Source: an uncultured Enterobacterales bacterium (GTDB taxonomy: Bacteria; Myxococcota_A; UBA796; CAZKWG01). Taken from it: a stretch of 52,532 nt of DNA. Position numbers and translations under genes: made by a program. A model generated the notes under the pieces. The model ran no database searches, was not told the origin of the DNA, and saw only the letters and a list, made by a program, of their open reading frames with translations. Below, piece by piece: positions 33,246 through 41,811 of this stretch (its first letter is position 1; every line of letters starts with the position of its first letter). The stretch spans positions 1 to 52,532 of the forward strand of contig CAZKWG010000001.1 in the NCBI GenBank assembly GCA_964556105.1, given 5' to 3'.

Positions 33246-34682
33246 CTACTCCAGGTAGCCCGCCGCCTTCAGCGCCTCGATGACGTCCTGGGACAGGGCC
33301 CCGCCCTGCAGGAAGACGTCCAGCGTCCGCCCCTCGGCCAGGGCGCGCGCGCGCTCCCCCTCGTCTTCAACGGGGAGTGGACTCTGCTCTCCGGGATCCA
33401 CGTCGAGCGCGTAGGCGCTCAGGCTGCCCTCGGTCCACACCAGCTTGCGCGCGCCCTCCCACAGCGCGGCGTGTCGCGTCGCGCCCACGCGATCGTCGAA
33501 GACCGTCCTCCACCAGACCGGCAGCCCGTGCGCGCGCACAGGGCGGCGCGCGCTGGCCAGCGCGCCCTCCAGGAGGAAGTCGTGAACCTCCGTGGCCGAG
33601 ATCGGGCCCTCGGACAGGGTGGGGGTGCCGGCGCTGTCGTAGATCAGGAGCGGCACGCGCGTCAGCTCCTCCCAGACATAGCAGCCGTGCTCCAGCAGGC
33701 CGTGCTCGCCGAGCAGCTCGCCGTGGTCGCTGGTGACCGCCAGGCGCAGCCCGCCGGAGAGCCAGCCCGCCCGCTCCAGCGCCCAGAGGGCCCGGCGCAG
33801 CCCCTCGTCGTCGCGGTAGACGCCGTGATCGTAGGCGTCCACCAGCCGGGCACGAAAGTCCTCCGCCTCATCGGCCGACATCTGCCCGTTGACGTAGCGC
33901 GCCCAGGGGCCCTCGGGCACGAGCGGCTGCAGCGTGAACGCCAGCCCGGCCGGCAGCCAGGAGAGCAGCGGCGGCGGCGGCGGGCGCGGGTCGTGCGCCT
34001 CGTAGAAGTTGAGGAAGAGGAAGAGCGGCCGCTCGGGGTCGAGCTGCGTGAGCGTAGGGACGAGGCCCTGATTCGGCGAGCCGATGCGGGTGAGCTCGAA
34101 GCCGCGGTCCAGCCCGACGGCCGCGTTCAAGAGCGGGTTCTCCGAGACCAGCGCCGTCTGGTAGCCGCGCGCCGCCAGCCGCTCCGCGAGGGTCGGGAGC
34201 TCCGGGCCCAGCGACTGGGTGAGCCACTGCGCCTCCGCCGCCTCGTCGGTCCGACCGACCGCCTGCACCGGCCCCAGGGGTCGGGCGGCCGCGTGGACCA
34301 GCGCGTTGTCCGCCCGGTGCTCGGGCACGGAGACGCCGGTGAAGTAGGAGGCGTGCGAGGGCACCGTCCAGCTCCCCGGCGTCCGGGCCTCACAGCTCGC
34401 CTGCGCCCCCTCCGCCACGAGGCGCTCCAGCGTGGGGGTCGTCGGTCGCCCGTAGCCGCAGAGGCTCGTGTGGTCGGCGCGCACCGTGTCGTAGATGACG
34501 AAGACGATGGTGGGCTGGGGCGGGCGCGCCTGGAGCTGGCGCAGCAGGACGCCGTCCAGCAGCGGTTGATCCCAGAGGACCAGCAGATCCAGACCCAGGA
34601 GCAGCAGGCAGAGGGCCGCCAGACGTCTGTCCCGGGATCGCCAGCCGCGGCCCCGCACGATCACGGCCGCCCTGCGGCTCAC
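33246..34682 (-). CDS. membrane-anchored sulfatase-like hydrolase/transferase (alkaline-phosphatase superfamily)
   Basis: The GTG start at 34682 overlaps the upstream stop (GTGA). The TM anchor is LAALCLLLLGLDLLVLW. The family motifs are VIYDTVRADHTSLCGYGRPTTPTLERL, SWTVPSHASYFTG and VTSDHGELLGEHG. Confidence 0.8.
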   Translation of the reverse strand: MSRRAAVIVRGRGWRSRDRRLAALCLLLLGLDLLVLWDQPLLDGVLLRQLQARPPQPTIVFVIYDTVRADHTSLCGYGRPTTPTLERLVAEGAQASCEARTPGSWTVPSHASYFTGVSVPEHRADNALVHAAARPLGPVQAVGRTDEAAEAQWLTQSLGPELPTLAERLAARGYQTALVSENPLLNAAVGLDRGFELTRIGSPNQGLVPTLTQLDPERPLFLFLNFYEAHDPRPPPPPLLSWLPAGLAFTLQPLVPEGPWARYVNGQMSADEAEDFRARLVDAYDHGVYRDDEGLRRALWALERAGWLSGGLRLAVTSDHGELLGEHGLLEHGCYVWEELTRVPLLIYDSAGTPTLSEGPISATEVHDFLLEGALASARRPVRAHGLPVWWRTVFDDRVGATRHAALWEGARKLVWTEGSLSAYALDVDPGEQSPLPVEDEGERARALAEGRTLDVFLQGGALSQDVIEALKAAGYLE

Positions 34683-36274
34683 GGGAGCTCCAGGGGCAGC
34701 AGGGTCGGGCTCACCGGCAGGGGCAGATCGTCCCGCTGCTGGACGGAGGGCTCCGGCAGCCGCGTGACCCGGTCCTGGGTCGGATCGATGGCCATCACGT
34801 AGAGATAGAGCGTCCTGCCCGGGTTCTCCGCGCGCAGCGCCGAGATCAGCTGGGGGTGGTACTCGGCGAAGCGGACGGGGCCGGGGGCCGCCATCCAGGC
34901 TCCACGGCGCAGCGAGGCGCGCACGTTGAGGCCACCCCCCGTGGTCTCCGGCGTGCTCAGCGCCTCGGGAGGCTCGTCGGCATAGGCGACCAGGAGCAGG
35001 GCGTCCTTGTCGGGAAAGCTCCCCTGAATCCTGGCGAAGCGCCCGTCCACACCCCAGTAGCCATCGAGCTCGGGCAGGGCGAGCGAGAGCCGCCACACGG
35101 CCGGCAGCAGGAGCAGGAGGGGCAGCAGGCGCAGCCAGGGCGCGCGCAGCACGAGCCTCTCCACCCCCAGCGCCGCGGCGACGATCACGGCCGGCGCGGC
35201 GAGGTGGTGGAAGCGTGCGCCATAGCAGAGCCCCGGCACCCAGTACAGGGCGTAGGCGAGGGCGAGCAGGCCCCAGAGGACCAGCGCGCGGCGGGCGAAG
35301 CTGGCCACGGACCGCTCTCCCGCGAGCAGGGCCGGCAGCAGCAGCAGCAGCGCCAGCGGGAGCCCCAGCCAGAGCCGCCCCGCGACGCGGAGGTTGGTCC
35401 AGAGGCTGGTCAGCGCCTTGTCCAGGTCGTGCCCCACGTCGCCATAGGTGGGGAAGCAGCCGCGATCCGGCCCGAAGCCGAGGCTGTTGCAGCCCGGCGC
35501 GTAGCGCCACCAGGCGTCGGCGGTCGGCGGCAGGCCCGCGTCGAAGTAGGCGCTGGCCGGGAAGGTGAGCGCGTCACCGGTCACGCCCTGGTTGTGGGCG
35601 GCGAGGAGCAGCCCGGCCACGACCAGCGGCGCGCCCAGCCCGAGCGCCACCCCTCGCCGATCCGCCGCACCGAGCAGCGCGGGCGCCACGACCAGCCCCA
35701 GCACCAGCCCGTCCAGGTAGCGGGTGAGGGCCAGCCCTCCCAGCAGCGCCCCCAGCAGGGCCGCCCGCCGCGCCGTCAGCGGCTCGACCAGCGCGCCCAG
35801 CGCGCCCAGCGCCAGCAGCCCGCAGAGCACATGGGACATCTGGCTCGCGCCCTGAAGGAGGAGCTGCGGCGAGAGGGCGAGCAGCGGGGCGGCGATCATG
35901 GCCGCGCGCGCCCCGCCGAGCCGGCCCGCCAGACGCGCCCCCACCCAGACGGTGGCTCCCTGCAACAGGGGGTTGACCAGCAGCGCCCCACCCGACATCA
36001 AGCCCAGGGCGAGGACGAGCGGCCACCCAGGCGGAAAGATGCCATAACGAAGCCCGTCGCGATCCAACAGGAAGTGGTAGCTGTAGGCCGCCGCCGGGCG
36101 CGGGATCTCCACCCCCAGCCCGCCCTCCAGGAGCGCGCGCGCCTGCGCCAGGTAGACGATCTCGTCCTGAACGTGGGGCACGCCCTCGAGCGGCACCCGC
36201 GCGATCCACAGCGCGACGCCCATGGACAGCGCAGCCCAGAGGGCGATCCAGACGCCAGCGCGCCGCTCGAACAT
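34679..36274 (-). CDS. GT-C fold (ArnT/PMT, family-39-like) integral membrane glycosyltransferase
   Basis: It has about 12 hydrophobic spans. The periplasmic-loop motif QDEIVYLAQA is near the N-terminus. The size and topology are typical. Confidence 0.7.
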   Translation of the reverse strand: MFERRAGVWIALWAALSMGVALWIARVPLEGVPHVQDEIVYLAQARALLEGGLGVEIPRPAAAYSYHFLLDRDGLRYGIFPPGWPLVLALGLMSGGALLVNPLLQGATVWVGARLAGRLGGARAAMIAAPLLALSPQLLLQGASQMSHVLCGLLALGALGALVEPLTARRAALLGALLGGLALTRYLDGLVLGLVVAPALLGAADRRGVALGLGAPLVVAGLLLAAHNQGVTGDALTFPASAYFDAGLPPTADAWWRYAPGCNSLGFGPDRGCFPTYGDVGHDLDKALTSLWTNLRVAGRLWLGLPLALLLLLPALLAGERSVASFARRALVLWGLLALAYALYWVPGLCYGARFHHLAAPAVIVAAALGVERLVLRAPWLRLLPLLLLLPAVWRLSLALPELDGYWGVDGRFARIQGSFPDKDALLLVAYADEPPEALSTPETTGGGLNVRASLRRGAWMAAPGPVRFAEYHPQLISALRAENPGRTLYLYVMAIDPTQDRVTRLPEPSVQQRDDLPLPVSPTLLPLELP

Positions 36275-36423
36275 CGCGCGACGATAGCACGCCCCCGCCC
36301 TTCCCCGGCCCCCGCCCGCGCCTACCTTCCCGCTTCGGGAGGATCTCCGCCATCGCCACCCCCGCGCCAGAGGCTCTCAACCTGCGCCAGTTCTTTGGCG
36401 TCTTCCGGTACAGCCGGGCGGCG

Positions 36424-38184
36424 GTGGGCCTGGTCTGGTCCACCAGCAAGCCCCTGACCGTCGCGCTCGGGCTGCTCACGCTGGTGGCCGGGCTGCTGCC
36501 GGCGGGCGCAGCGTGGATAGGGCGCCACATCGTAGACGCCGTCGTGGCGGGCGCCGCGGTGGTGGCCGCGGGCGGGGCGGTGCAGCCGGGGCCCGTGCTG
36601 GGCTGGGTCGCGGCCGAGGGCGGGCTGGTCTCGGTGCTCAGCGCGGCCCAGCGCGGGCTGGGGGTCGCGCAGTCCCTGCTGCGCGTGCAGCTCGGCCAGC
36701 GCGTCAACGTGATGATCCTGGAGAAGGCGCTCACGCTGCAGCTCGCGCAGTTCGAGGACGCGGAGTTCTACGACAAGCTCACCCGCGCGCGCCAGGAGGC
36801 CTCCAGCCGGCCGCTCAGCCTCGTGCGCGGGACGTTCTCGCTCTTCCAGAACGGCATCTCGCTGGTCAGCTACGCCGCCCTGATGTGGGCGTTCTCGCCC
36901 CTGGCGGTCCTGGTGCTGGTGTTGGGCGGGCTCCCCAGCTTCGTGGCCGAGGCGCGCTTCTCCCGCGACGCCTTCCGCCTCTTCCGCTGGCGCAGCCCCG
37001 AGACGCGGATGCAGGCCTACCTGGAGATGGTCATCTCCCGCGAGGATCACGCCAAGGAGGTCAAGCTCTACGAGCTCGGCCCCGTGCTGTTGAGGCGCTA
37101 CCGCGAGATCTTCGGGCGCGTCTACCGGGAGGATCGCGATCTGACCATCCGCCGCGGCCTGTGGGGGGTGCTGCTCGGGCTGGTCAGCACGCTGGCCTTC
37201 TACGGGGCCTACGCCTGGGTGGCCTGGGACGCCGTGGCCGGGCAGATCACGCTCGGCGAGATGACGATGTACCTGCTCCTCTTCAAGCAGGGCCAGAGCG
37301 CCGTCACCGCCAGCCTCTCCACCATCGGCGGCATGTACGAGGACAACCTCTACCTCTCGAACCTCTACGAGTACCTGGACCAGCCCGTGCCCGAGGAGCG
37401 CGGCCGAGCGACCGTGGGTCCGCTGCCCGGCGACGGCGTGCGCTTCGAGGCGGTGACGTTCCGGTATCCGGGCTCCGAGCGGCCAGCGCTGGACGGGATC
37501 AGCCTGCACCTGCGGCCGGGCCAGAGCCTCGCCCTGGTGGGCGAGAACGGCGCCGGGAAGACGACCCTCATCAAGCTGCTCACGCGGCTGTACACGCCGC
37601 TCAGCGGGCGCATCCTGCTGGACGGCCTCGACCTGGCCGAGTGGGACCCCGACGTGCTGCGGCGCCGCGTCGGCGTGATCTTCCAGGACTTCGTCCGCTA
37701 CCAGCTCCTGGTGGGCGAGAACGTGGGCGCGGGCGACGTGGACGGCTTCTCCGACGAGGCGCGCTGGCGAGACGCGGCCAGGCAGGGGATGGCGGACGCC
37801 TTCATCCAGGATCTCCCGAAGGGCTACGAGACGCAGCTCGGCCGCTGGTTCAAGGACGGGCGCGAGCTCAGCGGCGGCCAGTGGCAGAAGATCGCGCTCT
37901 CCCGCGCCTTCATGCGCTCCAAGGCCGATCTGCTCGTGCTCGACGAGCCCACGGCCGCCATGGACGCCGAGGCGGAGGCCACCATCTTCGAGCACGTGCG
38001 CGGCCTGGCCAGGGACCGCATGGTTATCCTCATCTCGCACCGCTTCAGCACGGTGCGCATGGCGGACCACATCGTCGTGCTCCGCGATGGGCGCATCGTC
38101 GAGCAGGGCGATCACGAGGGTCTGGTCGTCCACGGCGGCGTCTACGCGCGCCTGTTCGCGCTTCAAGCTGCGGGGTACCGATGA
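36424..38184 (+). CDS. ABC exporter, fused permease/ATPase (MsbA-like); the true start is probably upstream at a non-canonical codon
   Basis: A six-TM exporter domain is followed by Walker A GENGAGKTT, the signature LSGGQWQK and Walker B LLVLDEPT. The first canonical start is GTG 36424, but family-typical N-terminal sequence is encoded in frame upstream (see the finding at 36337-36424). Confidence 0.85.
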   Translation: MGLVWSTSKPLTVALGLLTLVAGLLPAGAAWIGRHIVDAVVAGAAVVAAGGAVQPGPVLGWVAAEGGLVSVLSAAQRGLGVAQSLLRVQLGQRVNVMILEKALTLQLAQFEDAEFYDKLTRARQEASSRPLSLVRGTFSLFQNGISLVSYAALMWAFSPLAVLVLVLGGLPSFVAEARFSRDAFRLFRWRSPETRMQAYLEMVISREDHAKEVKLYELGPVLLRRYREIFGRVYREDRDLTIRRGLWGVLLGLVSTLAFYGAYAWVAWDAVAGQITLGEMTMYLLLFKQGQSAVTASLSTIGGMYEDNLYLSNLYEYLDQPVPEERGRATVGPLPGDGVRFEAVTFRYPGSERPALDGISLHLRPGQSLALVGENGAGKTTLIKLLTRLYTPLSGRILLDGLDLAEWDPDVLRRRVGVIFQDFVRYQLLVGENVGAGDVDGFSDEARWRDAARQGMADAFIQDLPKGYETQLGRWFKDGRELSGGQWQKIALSRAFMRSKADLLVLDEPTAAMDAEAEATIFEHVRGLARDRMVILISHRFSTVRMADHIVVLRDGRIVEQGDHEGLVVHGGVYARLFALQAAGYR

Positions 38185-39572
38185 TGAGATGGTCGCTCCT
38201 CCTCTTCCTGGGCGTCTACACCTCTGGCTGCGAAGGAAAAGGTGACGAGGGTCCGGCCGCCGACCCCTCCACCCAGGTCCTGGTCATCGGCGCCGGCGTG
38301 GCGGGCCTGACCGCGGCGCGGGTCCTGCAAGACAGCGGCGTGGACGTCACCGTGATCGAGGCGCGCGACCGGCTCGGCGGGCGCACCTGGACCGCCGACG
38401 TCGGCGCGGCGCGGGTGGACCTCGGCGGCGCCTGGATTCACGGCACCGAGGACAACCCGGTGGTGGACTTCGCCGACGCCCAGGGCCTCGGCTACACCCG
38501 CGACCGCTCGCGCTGGACCAGCCTCTACGACGAGGCCACCGGCCGCGCGCTGGGCGACGCCGACTGGGCGGCGATGGAGGCGGCCTACGACGGCTTCACC
38601 GGAGATCTGGACGAGCTGCGCGACGCGCTCGGCGACGAGGCCACCGCCGAGGACGCCCGCGCGCGCTGGGTGGAGGATCAGGGCCTCGACGGCCTCGACG
38701 CGCGGCTCGCCAACCACGCCATCGATCTCTGGGTCATCGAGCTCGCCTACGCTGGGCCGATCGACGAGATCGCGCTGAGGTGGATCTGGGAGGACTATGA
38801 GCTCGAGGGCGGTGACCACTTTCCGACCGGTGGATACGGCGAGATCGTAGACGCGCTGGCCGACGGACTTCGTGTGGAGCTGGATCATCCGGTCGACGCC
38901 GTCCGCGTCACCGACGACGCGGTGGAGGTCGATGCGGCCGGCCAGACCTTCGAGGGCACGCACGTCCTCGTCACCGTGCCCGTAGGCGTGCTGAAGAGCG
39001 GCGCCATCACCTTCGAGCCGCCGCTCTCCGACGCGAAGCAGGGCGCGCTCTCCCGCCTCGGCATGGGCGGCCTGGAGAAGGTCGCGCTGGTCTTCGACGA
39101 GGCGTGGTGGGAGGGCTGCGCCGAGTTCGTCTCGGCGGACGGCGACGGGGCCTTCCCCGAGCTCTACGACCTGAGCGATCTCACCGGCGCCCCCACGCTG
39201 GTGGCCCTCTACGGCGGGCGCTTCTCGCGCGAGGTGCAGGCCACCTGGACGGACGCGGAGCTCGTCGCCGGCGCGCTCGCCGCCGCCGAGCTGGCCTATG
39301 GCGTGACCGCGCCGGAGCCCGTCGACACCGCCGTCACGCGCTGGTCCACCGACCCCTACGCCGGCGGCAGCTACACCTTCCTGCCCGTCGGCGCCACGCT
39401 GGACGACATCGACACCCTGGCCGAGCCCGAGGGAGAGCGCCTGTTGTTCGCGGGCGAGGGCACCTGGCGCCAGGCGTACGGCAACGTGCACGCCGCGGCC
39501 TTCAGCGGCCTGCGCGAGGCCCACCGCCTGGGCGTCGATGCGCCCGAGACCGCGGGGCTCGAGGACTGGTAG
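38181..39572 (+). CDS. flavin-containing amine oxidase (polyamine/monoamine-oxidase-like) lipoprotein
   Basis: ATG 38181 overlaps the ABC stop (ATGA). The lipobox is LFLGVYTSGC. The FAD dinucleotide fold is VLVIGAGVAGLTAARVL...VIEARDRLGGR. The C-terminal motif is LFAGEGT. Confidence 0.85.
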   Translation: MMRWSLLLFLGVYTSGCEGKGDEGPAADPSTQVLVIGAGVAGLTAARVLQDSGVDVTVIEARDRLGGRTWTADVGAARVDLGGAWIHGTEDNPVVDFADAQGLGYTRDRSRWTSLYDEATGRALGDADWAAMEAAYDGFTGDLDELRDALGDEATAEDARARWVEDQGLDGLDARLANHAIDLWVIELAYAGPIDEIALRWIWEDYELEGGDHFPTGGYGEIVDALADGLRVELDHPVDAVRVTDDAVEVDAAGQTFEGTHVLVTVPVGVLKSGAITFEPPLSDAKQGALSRLGMGGLEKVALVFDEAWWEGCAEFVSADGDGAFPELYDLSDLTGAPTLVALYGGRFSREVQATWTDAELVAGALAAAELAYGVTAPEPVDTAVTRWSTDPYAGGSYTFLPVGATLDDIDTLAEPEGERLLFAGEGTWRQAYGNVHAAAFSGLREAHRLGVDAPETAGLEDW

Positions 39573-39576
39573 GCGC

Positions 39577-40212
39577 TCAGGCCGCCCGGATCGCCGCGAT
39601 CGCCGCCGCCCGGTCCTTCGCCCCGAACACGCCCGAGCCGCTCACCAGCACGTGCGCGCCCGCGTCCACGAAGCGGCGCGCGTTGCTGGCCTTGACCCCG
39701 CCGTCCACCTCGATGAGCGTGCTCAGGCCGCGCGCGTCGATGGTCTTCCGCAGCCGCTCGATCTTCGGGAACACGCGTTCGATCAACGACTGACCGCCGA
39801 AGCCGGGGTTCACGCTCATCACCAGCACCACGTCGGCCAGCTCGAGCACATAGTCCAGCGCCGTCTCGGGCGTGTGCGGGTTCAGCGAGACGCCGGACCT
39901 CGCCCCCAGCTCGCGGATGGCGCCGAGCGTGCGATCCAGATGATGGCAGGCCTCGACGTGAACCGTGATCACGTCCGCCCCCGCCTGTCGGAAGTCCGCC
40001 AGGTACTTCTCGGGCTCGACGATCATCAGGTGGACGTCCAGCGGCAGCGTCGTCGCCCGCCGCGCGGCCTGCACCACCAGCGGGCCGATCGTGATGTTCG
40101 GCACGAAGCGGCCGTCCATCACGTCCACATGGATCCAGTCGGCCGTCGCCACGCTGCCGATCTCGTCGGCGAGGCGACCGAAGTCCGCAGAGAGAATGGA
40201 GGGAGCCACCAT
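39577..40212 (-). CDS. rpe: ribulose-phosphate 3-epimerase
   Basis: [14 protein letters not shown]...[17 protein letters not shown]...SVNPGFGGQ. The start lies 2 nt after the fmt stop. Confidence 0.95.
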   Translation of the reverse strand: MVAPSILSADFGRLADEIGSVATADWIHVDVMDGRFVPNITIGPLVVQAARRATTLPLDVHLMIVEPEKYLADFRQAGADVITVHVEACHHLDRTLGAIRELGARSGVSLNPHTPETALDYVLELADVVLVMSVNPGFGGQSLIERVFPKIERLRKTIDARGLSTLIEVDGGVKASNARRFVDAGAHVLVSGSGVFGAKDRAAAIAAIRAA

Positions 40213-40214
40213 CG

Positions 40215-41132
40215 TCACGAGAGCACCTCGCCTGGCTTCAGCCGGAGCCCGTTCATCAGATCCCGACCTTCCTGAACCTTTTTCCCGGGCATCTGCCCGC
40301 TCGCGATCTCCAGCACGCCCGCCCCGCAGGCCACGCGCAGCCCCGGGCCCAGGATCTCGCCGGGCGCGCCCGCGACGCCGTCCTCGGCCACGAGCGTCGT
40401 GCGCGCCACCTTCAAGGTCTCCCCGCGCAGGGTCGTGAACACGCCGGGCCAGGGCTGGAGCCCGCGCGCCTGGTCGTGCAGCGCCCGCGCTGGCCGCGAC
40501 CAGTCCAACTGGCCGTGCTCCTTCGTCAGCAGCGGGGCGAAGGTGGCCAGCGCGTCGTCCTGCTTCTCCGGGACGATCTCGTCGAGCCGCGCCAGCGTCT
40601 CCAGCAGGAGCTGCGCCCCGAGCGCGGACAGCCGCGACGCCAGCGCGTCCGCCGTCTCGTCCGGCCCGATGGGGATCGCCCGCTTGAGCAGCATGTCGCC
40701 CGTGTCCAGGCCCTCGTCCATGCGCATCGTCGTGATGCCGGTCTCGCGCTCGCCCCGCACCACCGCCCACTGGATCGGCGCCGCGCCCCGGTAGCGCGGC
40801 AGCAGGCTGGCGTGGACGTTGACGCAGCCCCGCCGAGGCGCCGCCAGCAGGCGCGGGGTCAGGATGCGCCCGTAGGCGATGACCACCGCCACGTCCGCGC
40901 CGCAGCCCTCCAGCCACTCCGGGAAGGCCCCCGTCTTGACCGCCCTGGGCTGGCGGACCTCCAAGCCCAGCGCCCGCGCGCGCTGCACGACGGGCGGGCT
41001 CACCATCTGGTTGCCGCGGCCGGCCGGCTTGTCCGGCTGGGCGACCACGCCGACAAGCTCGTGCCCGGCCTCCACCAGCGCGTCCAGCGTCGGCACGGCG
41101 AAGGCGGGGGTGCCCATGAAGACGACGCGCAT
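40215..41132 (-). CDS. fmt: methionyl-tRNA formyltransferase
   Basis: [16 protein letters not shown]...QPDKPAGRG...[17 protein letters not shown]. Confidence 0.95.
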   Translation of the reverse strand: MRVVFMGTPAFAVPTLDALVEAGHELVGVVAQPDKPAGRGNQMVSPPVVQRARALGLEVRQPRAVKTGAFPEWLEGCGADVAVVIAYGRILTPRLLAAPRRGCVNVHASLLPRYRGAAPIQWAVVRGERETGITTMRMDEGLDTGDMLLKRAIPIGPDETADALASRLSALGAQLLLETLARLDEIVPEKQDDALATFAPLLTKEHGQLDWSRPARALHDQARGLQPWPGVFTTLRGETLKVARTTLVAEDGVAGAPGEILGPGLRVACGAGVLEIASGQMPGKKVQEGRDLMNGLRLKPGEVLS

Positions 41133-41157
41133 CGGACCTCGCGAGCGTGGCCGAGCC

Positions 41158-41706
41158 CTATAACTCCGCCTCAGCGCCCCGGCTCAGCGCCTTCTTCTTG
41201 CGCGTCAGGTAGCGGCTGCGCTTGAGCCGGCTCGAGCGGTCCAGCAGGGTCACGCCCTCGAGGTGATCCAGCTCATGCTGGAGGACCACCGCCGGGAACT
41301 CCTCGAACCACGCCTCGTGCACGCCACCCTCGGCGTCCAGCCAGCGCACCCGGATGCGCCGCGCCCGCGACACGTCCTGGTAGTACTCGGGCACCGACAG
41401 ACAGCTCTCCTCGAACACGATGATGTCCCGGCTCTTCTCGACGATCTCCGGGTTGATCATGTGGTAGACGTTCTTGCCACGGCCAGGGTTGTCCGCCTTG
41501 CCGTCATCCGTCAGGTCGGCCACGATCATCCGGCGTCCGTCGCCCACCTGCGGCGCCGCCAGCCCTACACCCGGCGCCGCGAACATCGTCTCAGCCATGT
41601 CGGAGAGGAAGGTCTTGATCGCCGGCCCCAGCTCGTCCGAGCGCACCGGGCGCGCCTTCGTGGACAGGACAGGGTGAGGCGCGGTCAGGATCTCCAGGAC
41701 GGCCAT
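41158..41706 (-). CDS. def: peptide deformylase
   Basis: AGGAGG lies 5 nt upstream of ATG 41706. The motifs are GVGLAAPQ, ESCLS and QHELDH. The remainder of the 620-aa track ORF is shadow sequence. Confidence 0.95.
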   Translation of the reverse strand: MAVLEILTAPHPVLSTKARPVRSDELGPAIKTFLSDMAETMFAAPGVGLAAPQVGDGRRMIVADLTDDGKADNPGRGKNVYHMINPEIVEKSRDIIVFEESCLSVPEYYQDVSRARRIRVRWLDAEGGVHEAWFEEFPAVVLQHELDHLEGVTLLDRSSRLKRSRYLTRKKKALSRGAEAEL

Positions 41707-41715
41707 GCGAACCTC

Positions 41716-41740
41716 CTGCCGTTCAGTGTACCCACGGCAG
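41716..41740 (-). promoter_or_regulatory. 7-bp-stem hairpin in the def leader abutting the SD
   Basis: The arm ctgccgt (41716-41722) pairs with acggcag (41734-41740). On the mRNA the 3' arm ACGGCAG runs into the AGGAGG Shine-Dalgarno sequence. Confidence 0.3.
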
Positions 41741-41811
41741 CGCGCTTCGCCATACCGCGTGGACCGGATTCGGGCTAAGTCTCCCCTCTTCGTTCTCGCG
41801 TAGGAAAACCC

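Noticed and set aside
36513-38180. N-terminal 555 codons of the 1019-aa track ORF 36513-39572
   Set aside because: This part overlaps the ABC exporter out of frame and is Arg/Gly/Pro-rich. Only the segment from ATG 38181 is credible, because it has a lipobox followed by an FAD fold, and that segment is the amine oxidase gene.
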